64,000 nt of DNA from positions 558,001-622,000 of the forward strand of contig NC_081333.1 in the NCBI RefSeq assembly GCF_022539665.2, written 5' to 3'. The first letter of the stretch is position 1; every line of letters starts with the position of its first letter. Positions 47,787 through 59,096 of this stretch are shown piece after piece. Position numbers and translations under genes: made by a program. The notes beneath the pieces are model-generated. The model saw only the letters and a list, made by a program, of their open reading frames with translations, was not told where the DNA came from and made no database searches. Origin of the DNA: Daphnia carinata (Eukaryota).

Positions 47787-49687
47787 ATGGATGCATTTTT
47801 AAAAACCGGAAAGCTCTCCAATCAACCGAAGGAAAGTGGAACATCCTCGGCTTCTGAGTCTCTACAACGGAAACGAGGTTCCTTAATACCTTGGGTGGAA
47901 AAATAGTAAAACAAGTTTTTGGTTTCAAAGCTTAAGACGAACAATTGTATGCAATGTGTATTTGTACCATAGCCGTCCTAGAACAATCAATGAAGTTTCA
48001 TACCAAGAGGAAGTAGTTGCTGTACTTCAGAAATCCCTTCAAGGAGCTGATCTTCCTAATCTCCTGTTCTACGGTCCTCCTGGTACTGGTAAAACTAGCA
48101 CAATATTGGCAGCTGCTAGGGAGCTGTTTGGTGACATTTACAAGGAGAGGTTGTAACTGACATTCCAGTCTCCTAATATTGTCTTCATAATTGTTTGTTT
48201 TCATTTGGATTTTTCATTTGTTTTTAGAGTTTTGGAACTGAATGCATCGGATGAACGAGGTATTCAAGTTGTAAGAGAAAAAGTAAAAAATTTCTCCCAG
48301 AGGACTGTTAGCTCAATGAGACCTGAGTGAGTTAACAAAGGAACAATTGCTGGAACAAATTTTATTATGTAATTTTTACCATTTCACAGTGGAAAACCAT
48401 GCCCTCCTTTCAAAATCATTATTTTGGACGAAGCCGATTCCATGACAGGTGCGTTAACTTTTATTTAAAAAATCCTTTAAATAATTGCATAATGGTAAAT
48501 AAATAAGTTTGCTTCTTTTCCTTGTATCAGAAATATTGTAAAATTTGGTTAAAGGGCCCATAATTTACGTTTTCTGATAGGTGCTGCACAGGCGGCTCTT
48601 CGTCGTACAATGGAAAAGGTGAACTTTTCTAAAGTTTTAATACTGTGAAATTTTTTTCCTTGCTGTAGCTTTCACTGCCATCTAAGAATTATTAAGTAGA
48701 TGACTTAGGGCATTACCTTTATTTAGTTCTTTATAGAATTAGGTGGTGTTCTGATAAAAAAAACGTAACTAAATACTTATCGTTTTCTTTAGGAAACGAA
48801 ATCTACGCGATTTTGCCTTATCTGCAACTATGTTAGCCGAATAATAGAACCGTTGACATCACGCTGCTCCAAGTTCCGGTTTAAACCATTGCGTATGATT
48901 CTGTAGAAACAGACCCGTTGAAAATGTATTAATAATTTATAAATTTAAACTGAAACTAGCTCGCGATATTCTGGTAAAAAGGTTGGGCGAAATATGTGAA
49001 TTTGAAAGTATGGCTTGTACAGGAGAAGTTTTGGAAAGTTTGATTGAAGGTACGAAATATTTTCTCCATAAAAATCCTTTTGTACGTTTGATTACTTAAT
49101 ATTTCCTTTTATTGAAATCACTAACTGTGTTAATAGCATCTGAAGGAGACCTACGTAGAGCAATAACTTTTCTTCAATCAATCGCAAACGTGACAGTGGA
49201 AGCAGGCCCAACCATTGAAGATATTCATGAAATTACTGGCGTAAGAATTTTTAATGCCACTTATTTTTAAAATTTTCTATTACTTAATACGGTATCTGTT
49301 GATTGTTTTAAAGAGGGTACCGAACCACTGGATCGAAGGCTTACTGGAAAAATGTGCTACCGGATCATATGATACGATCCAATCATATATTTGCAAATTC
49401 TCGGCCGAAGGATTTTCAGTTTCTCAGCTTCTTAATCAGTTGCATGAACGAATCATCTTTTCAACCGAGTTTTCCGCAAAACAGAAGAACTTGATTTGTG
49501 AAAAAGTGGCGGTAAAATTAATTTAACTAAGAGAACTCAGTGTTACTTGCTTCTCACAGCCTGTTATAACGCTTCTGTTAATGCTTGGTGTTTGATTTAG
49601 ATTTGCGATCATCGTTTGGCGGAAGGAGCTGATGAACAACTTCAGTTGTTGGATCTTAGCTGTACTATTATGATTTCTTATCAATAG
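47787..49687 (+). CDS. RFC4: Replication factor C subunit 4, multi-exon
   Basis: MDAFLK..., [120 protein letters not shown]. Confidence 0.96.
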
Positions 49688-50322
49688 ATGTTTACAATAA
49701 ACCAACTCTGGCGGCAATGTTTCATTAGAATTATTTGTAATTTTGATAACTTTTTATAATTCGAAAAAGAAATGCAACAAAAGTGTTTTTCTCTGCGCAG
49801 TTCCCCACAATGTTTTCCGGGTTATACGCTTTCAAAAGTACTCGATTTACTATTGATAATCCCCCATTTGCCATTACTGTATTGAATCGCAAGAAAAAGC
49901 CCCGCCCGTTTTGGGAGGGACAAGACCATTCCACGCTGTTGCTCCACGGTATACAGTCTCCTCCATAAATGTCGGAATCCACTCCTCCAAGGGCGGCAAA
50001 GTTTTTGTGCCGCTGCTATGTTTGCAAAACGTTGTTTTCTACCCTCGCCCAGCGGCTTACACAAAAAAGAGTAGGCTATTCCTCCATGCCGTTGCAGCTA
50101 AATTAACCGTAAATAAAAACTGCAGCGATCATAAAATTTTCCCGCCATTCGGAGAGGTTCAAGCTCGCATGTTTACAAGAGGCAAGTGGACCAGTACATG
50201 TTGTGCCGGAGCCCAGGTGTCTCGTGATTACCGCATCCCGTTGAACCGTTCAACTGTATTTATAATTGGAATTGGAATTTTGTGGCTGTACCATCGACAG
50301 GTTTTATTTTCATACCGCTACC

Positions 50323-51326
50323 ATGAGTGATCTGGATAGTGGTGACGACATATTTGGAGAAACCAAAAACACCTCAAATTGGGATAAGGAAAAAGATCCA
50401 AACGGCTTGAACGAGGAAATAGATAAAACAGATGTTTCACGTAAGTCAATCATGCAAATGTATTTAAGCATTTCGTGTCGATTGCTTTTCATTCTGTTGT
50501 TCTTCAATCTATTTGATTAGATTCCAAAAGTGAAAAAAAGGACAACTCAACCAAAACAAGGAAACTTGTCAGAAACCCACAGTTAAAGCTTGACACAAGC
50601 AGGTAATACCAGTGCTATTATTATATTGTTTCAATATTATGTTACGTGCTGATTGTGAATAGAATTTGTGGTGAAAGAGGAATAAAAGCTGTCATGGCTG
50701 ATTTTCGTACAGTAAAGCTGGGAGGAAAAGGATATGAAAAATCCGATCTTGAAACCATTCTCTCCAAAATGGAACATTGGGCTCATCGTTTGTTCCCAAA
50801 GCTACCCTTTGATGATTGTGTGGAGAGTGTAGCAAAACTAGGGAATACTAAACATGTACAGGTGATATTCTTCTAATTTTCTATGTTATAAGTCAGCTTA
50901 ATAGTTGTTTTATTTTCACATGCCTAGGTGTATATGAAGAAATTTCGCATGGAAGAATCAGAAATTGAAGCAATGGTTGAGGAAAGTGTGATAAACACAG
51001 ATTCACAGTTTGACAATATCATGGAACAGGCAACCAAAGAATGTAGTACCGTTTTTTCTCAACCTTCCCAGTCAGTCATGAGGACAACTGTAACTGAAGA
51101 CCAGCAGTTGAGAATGGCTGAAAACAAAAGAAGGGCAGAAGAGAGAAGAAAATCAAAGTTGTTGCAAAACAGCTTGTTGTGTAGTGACCAGTGTCAAAGT
51201 GAAAAGTCCCCTTCAGAAGTGTTAACCACATCAGAACAGCCAAAGGATAATCATATTACTGAAATTGCTGAAGATAGCAGTGAACTCCTGGATGTTGATA
51301 CATTTCTTGAAAATTTGCCTCAATAA
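50323..51326 (+). CDS. TIPIN: TIMELESS-interacting protein (Swi3 domain), multi-exon
   Basis: RNPQLKLD..RICGERGI, GKGYEKSDL..ILSKMEHWAHRLFPKLPFDDCVE.VAKLG; C-terminal TEDQQLRMAENKRRAEERR. Confidence 0.92.
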
Positions 51327-52259
51327 TTGTCACTCTTTTAAAATAAAAAAGGTAACTGCAAATGTTTGTGTGAAATTATCAAAAAAAGAAAAACTTTACT
51401 GTAGGTTTCTATCAAGGATTGGCTTGTGTTACGTAGACTCTGACACATAAGAAATCTGTGATGGGGATGATTTTTAACATTCTCTAGCCTGGAGCTATAC
51501 CAGAAAGCCTCATCCTGTATGTAAAGTCCCTTAAACAACATCTGAACCTGCAAATTTTACGTTTGCTGATATGGAAGAAGGAACTATTTTTTAGGAGCAG
51601 TTGGTTTAAGGTTTTTCAAGCTATTCTTTGATATCTAGCACATTTTTTACCGTTGTTCCCAAAAGGCCAATATACCCCGTTTGAAGCCATTTTTTGCATT
51701 CGCCTACCCAAAGGTGCCTCCTAATGTATGCCTTGGGTTTGCGGGGTTCTACAAGAGAAAAGCACATGTCTGGATATTATGTAATGTTATACTATAGATA
51801 TCTGAAAACCGATTCTGTTATAACCCAGATGTCAGTCTGTGGTGGTGTTGAAATGGAAATATGAAATCAAAAGATATGGACATCAACCAACTGTGAAAAG
51901 CGAGCACTCAGCTAATACCTTCAAGTGGAAATATTAGATTCGGTAACGAAACTTGACTTGAATGTGACTCGTGAAACTGTTTGTACAAAAATGACGAATT
52001 TGTACATGACGAATCCTGATTTTTCATAATACGGCGCAATTCTCCATCAACAAAGTGTGGTTGCACCTGATAGCCACTCGGTGGCTACAAGCAATCAGGC
52101 TAATCAAATTTCTAGTCTGTTTTTCTTTTACCTTTCCATGACCGTAAAAATACTAGATGACTATTTTGTAAAAATACACCGAATTTACGCAGCGTATGGA
52201 ACTTTTGGTGTTGTTGGATACAGACATTATTTCCTTTGTATTTTGACCGCTGTTTAGAA

Positions 52260-53692
52260 ATGGAACCTACAAGCACAGCGAAGTCCTTCAAGTGGGAAAT
52301 CAGACGAATCAAGGATTCATCCGATACTCAGGTTGGCCAAGGTATCGAAGAGCGATAGCCTTGCGGTGACTAGTGTACCGCATTAGTGACACGGGACAAA
52401 CATCCAGGATAAATAACAAAGAACTTGATAATTTTGATCCTTCCTTCATTAAGTAATGTCTGAGCTGAATTCAGTTGTTCATGAGGATTTTGGTCCGAAT
52501 TTTCGCGTTCTCAAGAGGAATGACCAGACATGTGAACTACAGACAATAATTCGTGACAGGTGTTTATGTTTCTATCGTTTTTAGAAACTTTAACTGTTTA
52601 GTTTTCATAGGATTATAGTGGACTCTGTGTGAACTAAAAATAGTTTACAATTTGTTGCACAATTAAGAACTGTGCCACTTTTGTATGTCAGTACTGATAA
52701 CCCATTTAAGAAGTTTCTTCAATTTCTACATTCAATATTCAAATTCTGCAATTTTTTCAGCCAACTAACAACTATTTATTGTTTCGTTCATAAATCTTAT
52801 AGGAACACTAGTCGGAATGATTTCAAATTTTATGCTGACAGATTGGTACACAAAGCTTTCATTTAGATTTCTGGACATTCTCATCTCTAAAATTTTCTGT
52901 ATAGATTCGTCTTGTGATTGAAGAAAGTTTGAACCAACTTCCTTACACACCTTGCACAGTTGTAACTCCCATAGGTTTTCCATATGATGGCTTGCAGTTT
53001 GAAAAGGGAAACTGTGGAGTATCAATTGTCAGAAGTGGAGAAGCAATGGAACAGGTATGTATGTCCAAAAGCTTATGAAGACATCTTTCCTATTTTTGTA
53101 AATTTTCTATTTTAATAGTTTGCCTTTCATTAAAAGGGACTTAGGGATTGCTGTAGATCAATGAGAATTGGGAAAATTTTGATCGACTCAGATCATGATA
53201 CCCATGAAGCTAAAGTTGTTTATGCCAAGTTTCCTGAAGACATTGCCCAAAGAAAAGTTCTTCTTATGTATCCAATCATGAGTGAGTATTTAAATATTAA
53301 TGGTATGCCTATTAGTAAAGTACTAGTAAAAACAGCCTATGTGGTTTGAAATTGGTGTTTGCATAATCCACCCTACTTTCGTGCTTTACCGGTTAAAAAA
53401 TTCTAAGAGTAAATCTATATTCATCTTACCAGGCACCGGCAATACTGTCGTTAAAGCAGTTAGCGTTCTAAAGGACCATTCGGTGCTGGAGGAAAATATA
53501 GTCCTTGCTAACCTTTTCTGTACTCCACCAGCTACCCAAACAATAGTAACAGCCTTTCCTCAGGTAAATGTTGAGATACATCTAAATTTGAACAAACATT
53601 AATTTCTGTTCATATAGATGAAAATCTTGACTTCTGAAATTCATCCAGTTGCACCTAATCACTTTGGACAGAAATACTTTGGAACTGATTAA
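52260..53692 (+). CDS. UPRT: Uracil phosphoribosyltransferase homolog, multi-exon (true 5' start uncertain)
   Basis: [100 protein letters not shown]. Confidence 0.93.
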
Positions 53693-53843
53693 ATACAATT
53701 TGACAAACACACTCGAACAGTCTGTTACAATTTTCTGTTGGTTAAGTAGCAAAGCAGTGTACACCAATACTTTTTACTTTTAGCCTTCTCACTTTTTCAT
53801 TTTAGGCTAAATCCTAGATATGACATTAAATACATGGTAAGAC

Positions 53844-54291
53844 ATTATTTCTGGTGAGTTTCATCCAATTCCATGAGATGTTATATTTTGCTGATTTTGA
53901 CAAAAGTGGAAAGGCTTATTGCCTTCCTACTTTTTCAATTTTGGCTAAAATTTAGAAATCCTTAAAATACATGATTTTGATAGAGAATTCAATGAGGATC
54001 ATGAAAACCAATATAGTTTTTATGTGCGACTTATAGTTTTTTAGTTAGCCTAGTTTGATTGATATTTCCAGCATCGAAATCTATTTTTACGATATTTCTG
54101 TTAACAGATGGCGTTGGCGATAGTAAACAAACAAAAATCTCTTTAATTGCGTTTTATTCGGAAACTTCACCCCTAAATGAAAAACTAAGGCTATATTCTG
54201 AATCAGCGTTCAACACTGATTATTTCTGGTGAGTTTCATCCAATTCCATGAGATGTTATATTTTGCTGATTTTGACAAAAGTGGGAAGGCT
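53844..54291 (+). repeat. 73 bp direct duplication (53844-53916 and 54219-54291)
   Basis: attatttctggtgagtttcatccaattccatgagatgttatattttgctgattttgacaaaagtgg(a/g)aaggct occurs twice with one mismatch. Confidence 0.85.
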
Positions 54292-54508
54292 ATTATGGCA
54301 ATCCGTTTTACATAAAAAAAAAAAAAAAAAAAAAAAATGGCGGAAAAAAAAAAAATCGCACTTTTTTCTCTTTTTTCTACCCGTAGCCATCTATCAGTCG
54401 GTTTCGTTATTACAGGCATGTAAGCAATTTGAGTTAATTGTATCCCATTAGCAGTTAATTGAGTAGCGTGGCTGGAGAACAACGCGTGGCTGGAGGAACA
54501 ATTGAAAA

Positions 54509-55772
54509 ATGGATAAGATAATAAAACAAAAAAATGGTAAGTATAAACATTATTGTATTGGTTTTCAATTATTAATTATTGTTTATTAGATCAAATTATG
54601 AAGCTGCAGGCCCAATTATTGGAACAACACAAAATATTAGATAACAGCAAAGCTAAGGATGGTAAGGCCTAATATGTAATGATTCTATTTATTTGCTTTT
54701 ATTCATTTGTGTTTTGTAGCTCAAATTTTGAGTCTACAAGCTCAGCTAGGGGAAAAGAACAAATTGGAACAGAACAGTTTCCAAACAGTGAAGGAGGTTT
54801 TTCCAAACTCATCCCTTACTGAACATGAGGATGAATTGGCATTAGGCGAACACAGTCAGGTACCTAAACTTTTCAAATAAGAATTCAAAATAAGTATAGA
54901 ATTTTAACAAACAATTATTTATTATTTAGTTATTCAGTCTACCACCTGACAGTGTGTTAAAGTTAAATTCTGTTAGTGCTGCATTAAAAGAATTGTTAGT
55001 AATAAGTCCATGCAGCGAAGGAAGTGAACAATTGTGGGACCGTATTTGGGCTGAAAAATGGGTGTGGTAAGGAAACCCAGAAATAGCACGAGTTCAACAT
55101 AAAACATAAATTAGGTACTTTTCGGTTTTTTGTCTATCGAAAAAGTATTTTTAATGCTATTATTTTGCATTCACAGAATTTTAGTGGGGGATCAAGTCAA
55201 GTCTGGAAGTGTTACAGGATGGAAGAGTGAGCCTACAGTTGAAAAACACTGAAAGCGCATTACCATTAAGGTATGAGGTAAAGTAATAGAGTATGCAAAT
55301 TGTCTAATGAGAAGTACCATCTTGTGTGAATGAATCCTGTGTAACAGCAATCCTTTATAGTTCTGTCACAGCTAGAAGCCTCAAATAATTCTGCTTCTCT
55401 TGCTAAAGAACAACTTGTCCTTTACGTTCAGAGTGTTGGTGAAGCTGGGTACTTAAATGGCCCTAAAGATGTTTCATTTCGTTGGCATTGCAGCAATGAA
55501 CATCATACATGGACTTTTTAGGTATGAAAGGAATTTTCTTGAAAATTTTTTGAATTTATGACAAAGCATTTCTCCTGCTTTTTGCCAACCATGTCTAATC
55601 TAAAAAAAAAATTTTATCCAATAGGAAAGGATTTTCAGCATACTGGGAACACAACTATCAACAATGCAACATTCTAGGGGTGCTATTTTATCATTTAAGA
55701 GCCTTATACAATGATTTTCATCTGCAATTTGTATGGCCTTTCCCAAGCTTCTGCCAGCAATTGAATCTATAA
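54509..55772 (+). pseudogene. Disrupted spliced gene in left arm (coiled-coil N-terminus, then His/Cys segment; possibly a transposase 5' fragment)
   Basis: Four GT-AG-joined exons read in frame: MDKIIKQKN/DQIMKLQAQLLEQHK.../AQILSLQAQLGEK.../LFSLPPDSVLK...LWDRIWAEKWVW*. Later exon-like blocks (LYVQSVGEAGYLNGPKDVSFRWHCSNEHHTWTF) are broken by stops and frameshifts. Confidence 0.6.
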
Positions 55773-56660
55773 GTCATGTAAGTCACATGAGCAACAATTG
55801 AGATGCTTAATGGTGTTTTTCTTTTCTCAGCATAGGTTAATAGTAACATTGGATCTGAAAAGATTCTTGGTTGGGGCAAGACACTGAATAAATTGTATTG
55901 ATTGGATGGATGACATGACATTGCTATACTTAATTCGATTCCCCAGACGGTATTTGATATTAAAAAAATTGAAGTGCATATCTGGGCTCCCTTCTTTTCT
56001 GAAGCCCCGTTTCCCCTTGACTCATAATAAGCCCGTAGGGGGTCATGCCCCTACTGTACGGTATATATAAAAACAACATATACCGAGGTTTGGAGGGCTC
56101 TGGCCGGAAAGGGGACGTGGGGTGCCGCTTCGTCCGATGATGTGTTCACGGAGGGTGACGTGGCTGCCCACAAATCCGAACTAAAGGTTAATCGCTCCTG
56201 TAAAAATGTTCCAAATCTTCAGCTCTTCTTCCGGCTTCTCTTAGCCAATCACCGGGTAATCTCCCCGGTGGGTCAACAAGGCAGTGTCTCCCCCTGCCTG
56301 GGTTGACGGCAACTTTTGAAAGGGCTATTGTGCCTTTTTAAAGTTGCAAAAATAATTGTAATGTGCAGAAAATTGTCAATAAATTTTTTTTTATAAAATG
56401 TTTTTTGCAAAATTTTTTTCTTTCATTGTCTGTGTTCACACATTTGTTGTTTCGCTTTGTTCACACATTACATTTATCAACTTTTTTTTTTATTTAGCTT
56501 GCTCAATTCATTTTTATGGTTTTTGCCACCGTTGTATCGCTTATCTGTTAGTATTCAATTAGTATTTATTACACTTCTTGAATTCTTGAACTTAGACAAG
56601 GAACAACGTGTAATACCTGGATATTTTCTGAAGTAATTTTATACTTGTAGATTTTTTTAC

Positions 56661-56726
56661 TGGTATGGGAATCGATCCCCAGACATTCAGCGTACAACGC
56701 CGATGCTCTAACATTGAGCCACGAGA
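56661..56726 (-). pseudogene. Degenerate tRNA-like sequence (TGT anticodon position, Thr-like)
   Basis: Minus strand TGGCTCAATGTTAGAGC (A box, D-stem GCTC/GAGC), TCGGC-GTTGTAC-GCTGA anticodon arm, GGGATCGATTCCC (B box-like). Acceptor stem does not pair. Confidence 0.65.
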
Positions 56727-56829
56727 TATATCTATCATATTATATCTTTTATGGCATATCATATGTTATAGTCTAGGATGTTTATGTAGTCTTTCACAAG
56801 TATATATTTATCTTTTTATAGCTTTCAAA

Positions 56830-56896
56830 ATGTTCATAGCTCTGTGGTAGAGCATTCAGCTGCGGTAACTGTTACCCTGGGTTCAAACCTTAATAG
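56830..56896 (+). pseudogene. Degenerate tRNA-like sequence
   Basis: TAGCTCTGTGGTAGAGC (A box/D arm) and GGGTTCAAACC (B box); anticodon arm poorly paired. Confidence 0.55.
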
Positions 56897-56981
56897 ATGT
56901 ATAAAGATCTACGTTTCAATTTTATTCAAAGTGTAAATGCAAGTCCGCAAGCGACTAGAAAAAAGCTAACCTGTCATCATA

Positions 56982-57049
56982 TGATTCATGGCTCATTGGT
57001 ATAGCATCGGCGCGGTATGCCGATCATCCAGGGTTCGATCCCTGAATAA
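56982..57049 (+). pseudogene. Degenerate tRNA-like sequence (GGT anticodon position, Thr-like)
   Basis: TGGCTCATTGGTATAGC (A box), ATCGGC-GCGGTAT-GCCGAT anticodon arm, CAGGG-TTCGAT-CCCTG T arm with B box. Confidence 0.65.
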
Positions 57050-57836
57050 TAATAGAATGCTTACAGATAAACGATAAACCAATGGAAACAATGCTTACCA
57101 TTAAAGGTGACAAAACAAATAAAGCATAGCAAAAAAAAAAAAAATTGATAAATGTAATGTATGAACACAGCTAACAAAGACAATGAAAGTAACACATTTT
57201 GCAAAAAATATTTTATAAAAAAAATTTTATTGACAATTCTCTGCACATTACAATTATCTTTGCAACTTTAAAAAGGCACAATAGCCCTTTCAAAAGTTGC
57301 CGTCAACCCAGGCAGGGGGAGACACTGCCTTGTTGACCCACCGGGGAGATTACCCGGTGATTGGCTAAGAGAAGCCGGAAGAAGAGCTGAAGATTTGGAA
57401 CATTTTTACAGGAGCGATTAACCTTTAGTTCGGATTTGTGGGCAGCCACGTCACCCTCCGTGAACACATCATCGGACTAAGCGGCACCCCACGTCCCCTT
57501 TCCGGCCAGAGCCCTCCAAACCTCGGTATATGTTGTTTTTATATATACCGTACAGTAGGGGCATGACCCCCTACGGGCTTATTATGAGTCAAGGGGAAAC
57601 GGGGCTTCAGAAAAGAAGGGAGCCCAGATATGCACTTCAATTTTTTAAATATCAAATACCGTCTGGGGAATCGAATTAAGTATAGCAATGTCATGTCATC
57701 CATCCAATCAATACAATTTATTCAATGTCTTGCCCCAACCAAGAATCTTTTCAGATCCAATGTTACTATTAACCTATGCTGAGAAAAGAAAAACACCATT
57801 AAGCATCTCAATTGTTGCTCATGTGACTTACATGAC

Positions 57837-59096
57837 TTATAGATTCAATTTCTGGCAGAAGCTTGGGAAAGGCCATACAAATTGCAGATGAAAATCATTG
57901 TATAAGGCTCTTGAATGATAAAATTGCACCCCTAGAATGTTGCATTGTTGATAGTTGTGTTCCCAGTATGCTGAAAATCCTTTCCTATTGGATAATTTTT
58001 TTTTTAGATTAGACATGGTTGGCAAAAAGCAGAAGAAATGCTTTGTCATAAATTCAAAAAATTTTCAAGAAAATTCCTTTCATACCTAAAAGTCCATGTA
58101 TGATGTTCATCGCTGCAATGCCAACGAAATGAAACATCTTTAGGGCCATTTAAGTACCCAGCTTCACCAACACTCTGAACGTAAAGGACAAGTTGTTCTT
58201 TAGCAAGAGAAGCAGAATTATTTGAGGCTTCTAGCTGTGACAGAACTATAAAGGATTGCTGTTACACAGGATTCATTCACACAAGATGGTACTTCTCATT
58301 AGACAATATGCATACTCTATTACTTTACCTCATACCTTAATGGTAATGCACTTTCAGTGTTTTTCAACTGTAGGCTCACTCTTCCATCCTGTAACACTTC
58401 CAGACTTGACTTGATCCCCCACTAAAATCCTGTGAATGCAAAATAATAGCACTAAAAATACTTTTTCAATAGACAAAAAACCGAAAAGTACCTAATTTAT
58501 GTTTTATGTTGAACTCGTGCTATTTCTGGGTTTCCGTACCACACCCATTTTCAGCCCAAATACGGTCCCACAATTGTTCACTTCCTTCGCTGCATGGACT
58601 TATTACTAACAATTCTTTTAGTGCAGCACTAACAGAATTTAACTTTAACACACTGTCAGGTGGTAGACTGAATAACTAAACAATAAATAATTGTTTGTTA
58701 AAATTCTATACTTATTTTGAATTCTTATTTGAAAAGTTTAGGTACCTGACTGTGTTCGCCTAATGCCAATTCATCCTCATGTTCAGTTAGGGATGAGTTT
58801 GGAAAAACCTCCTTCACTGTTTGGAAACTGTTCTGTTCCAATTTGTTCTTTTCCCCTAGCTGAGCTTGTAGACTCAAAATTTGAGCTACAAAACACAAAT
58901 GAATAAAAGCAAATAAATAGAATCATTACATATTAGGCCTTACCATCCTTAGCTTTGCTGTTATCTAATATTTTGTGTTGTTCCAATAATTGGGCCTGCA
59001 GCTTCATAATTTGATCTAATAAACAATAATTAATAATTGAAAACCAATATAATAATGTTTATACTTACCATTTTTTTGTTTTATTATCTTATCCAT
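57837..59096 (-). pseudogene. Mirror copy of the disrupted spliced gene in the right arm
   Basis: Reverse complement of 54509-55772 with different lesions (TAC instead of TAA after WVW, one-base shorter A-run, in-frame HHTWTF-R|KGFSAYWEHNYQQC junction). Confidence 0.6.

Noticed and set aside
55718..55921. Identical-looking 67 aa ORFs at 55718-55921(-) and 57688-57891(+) as a duplicated gene
   Set aside because: Simple consequence of the palindrome; the spliced relic on the opposite strand explains the region better.
56028..56064. Resemblance to group II intron domain V (AGC-CCGTA...TACGG)
   Set aside because: No GNRA loop, wrong register of the catalytic triad, and no domain VI or RT nearby.
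56272..56307. GTCAAC...GTTGAC stem resembling the 5' hairpin of IscB omegaRNA
   Set aside because: Only a 6 bp stem match; no RuvC/HNH, TnpB or Fanzor ORF in the window.
56661..57049. Functional tRNA-Thr genes
   Set aside because: Acceptor stems do not pair, T arms are irregular and there is no proximal T-run terminator; treated as tRNA-like pseudo-units.
57590..57612. ACGGGGCT resembling the RNase MRP CR-V motif
   Set aside because: The partner GAAAGTCCCC CR-I motif is absent (only ACGTCCCC), so P4 is unsupported.
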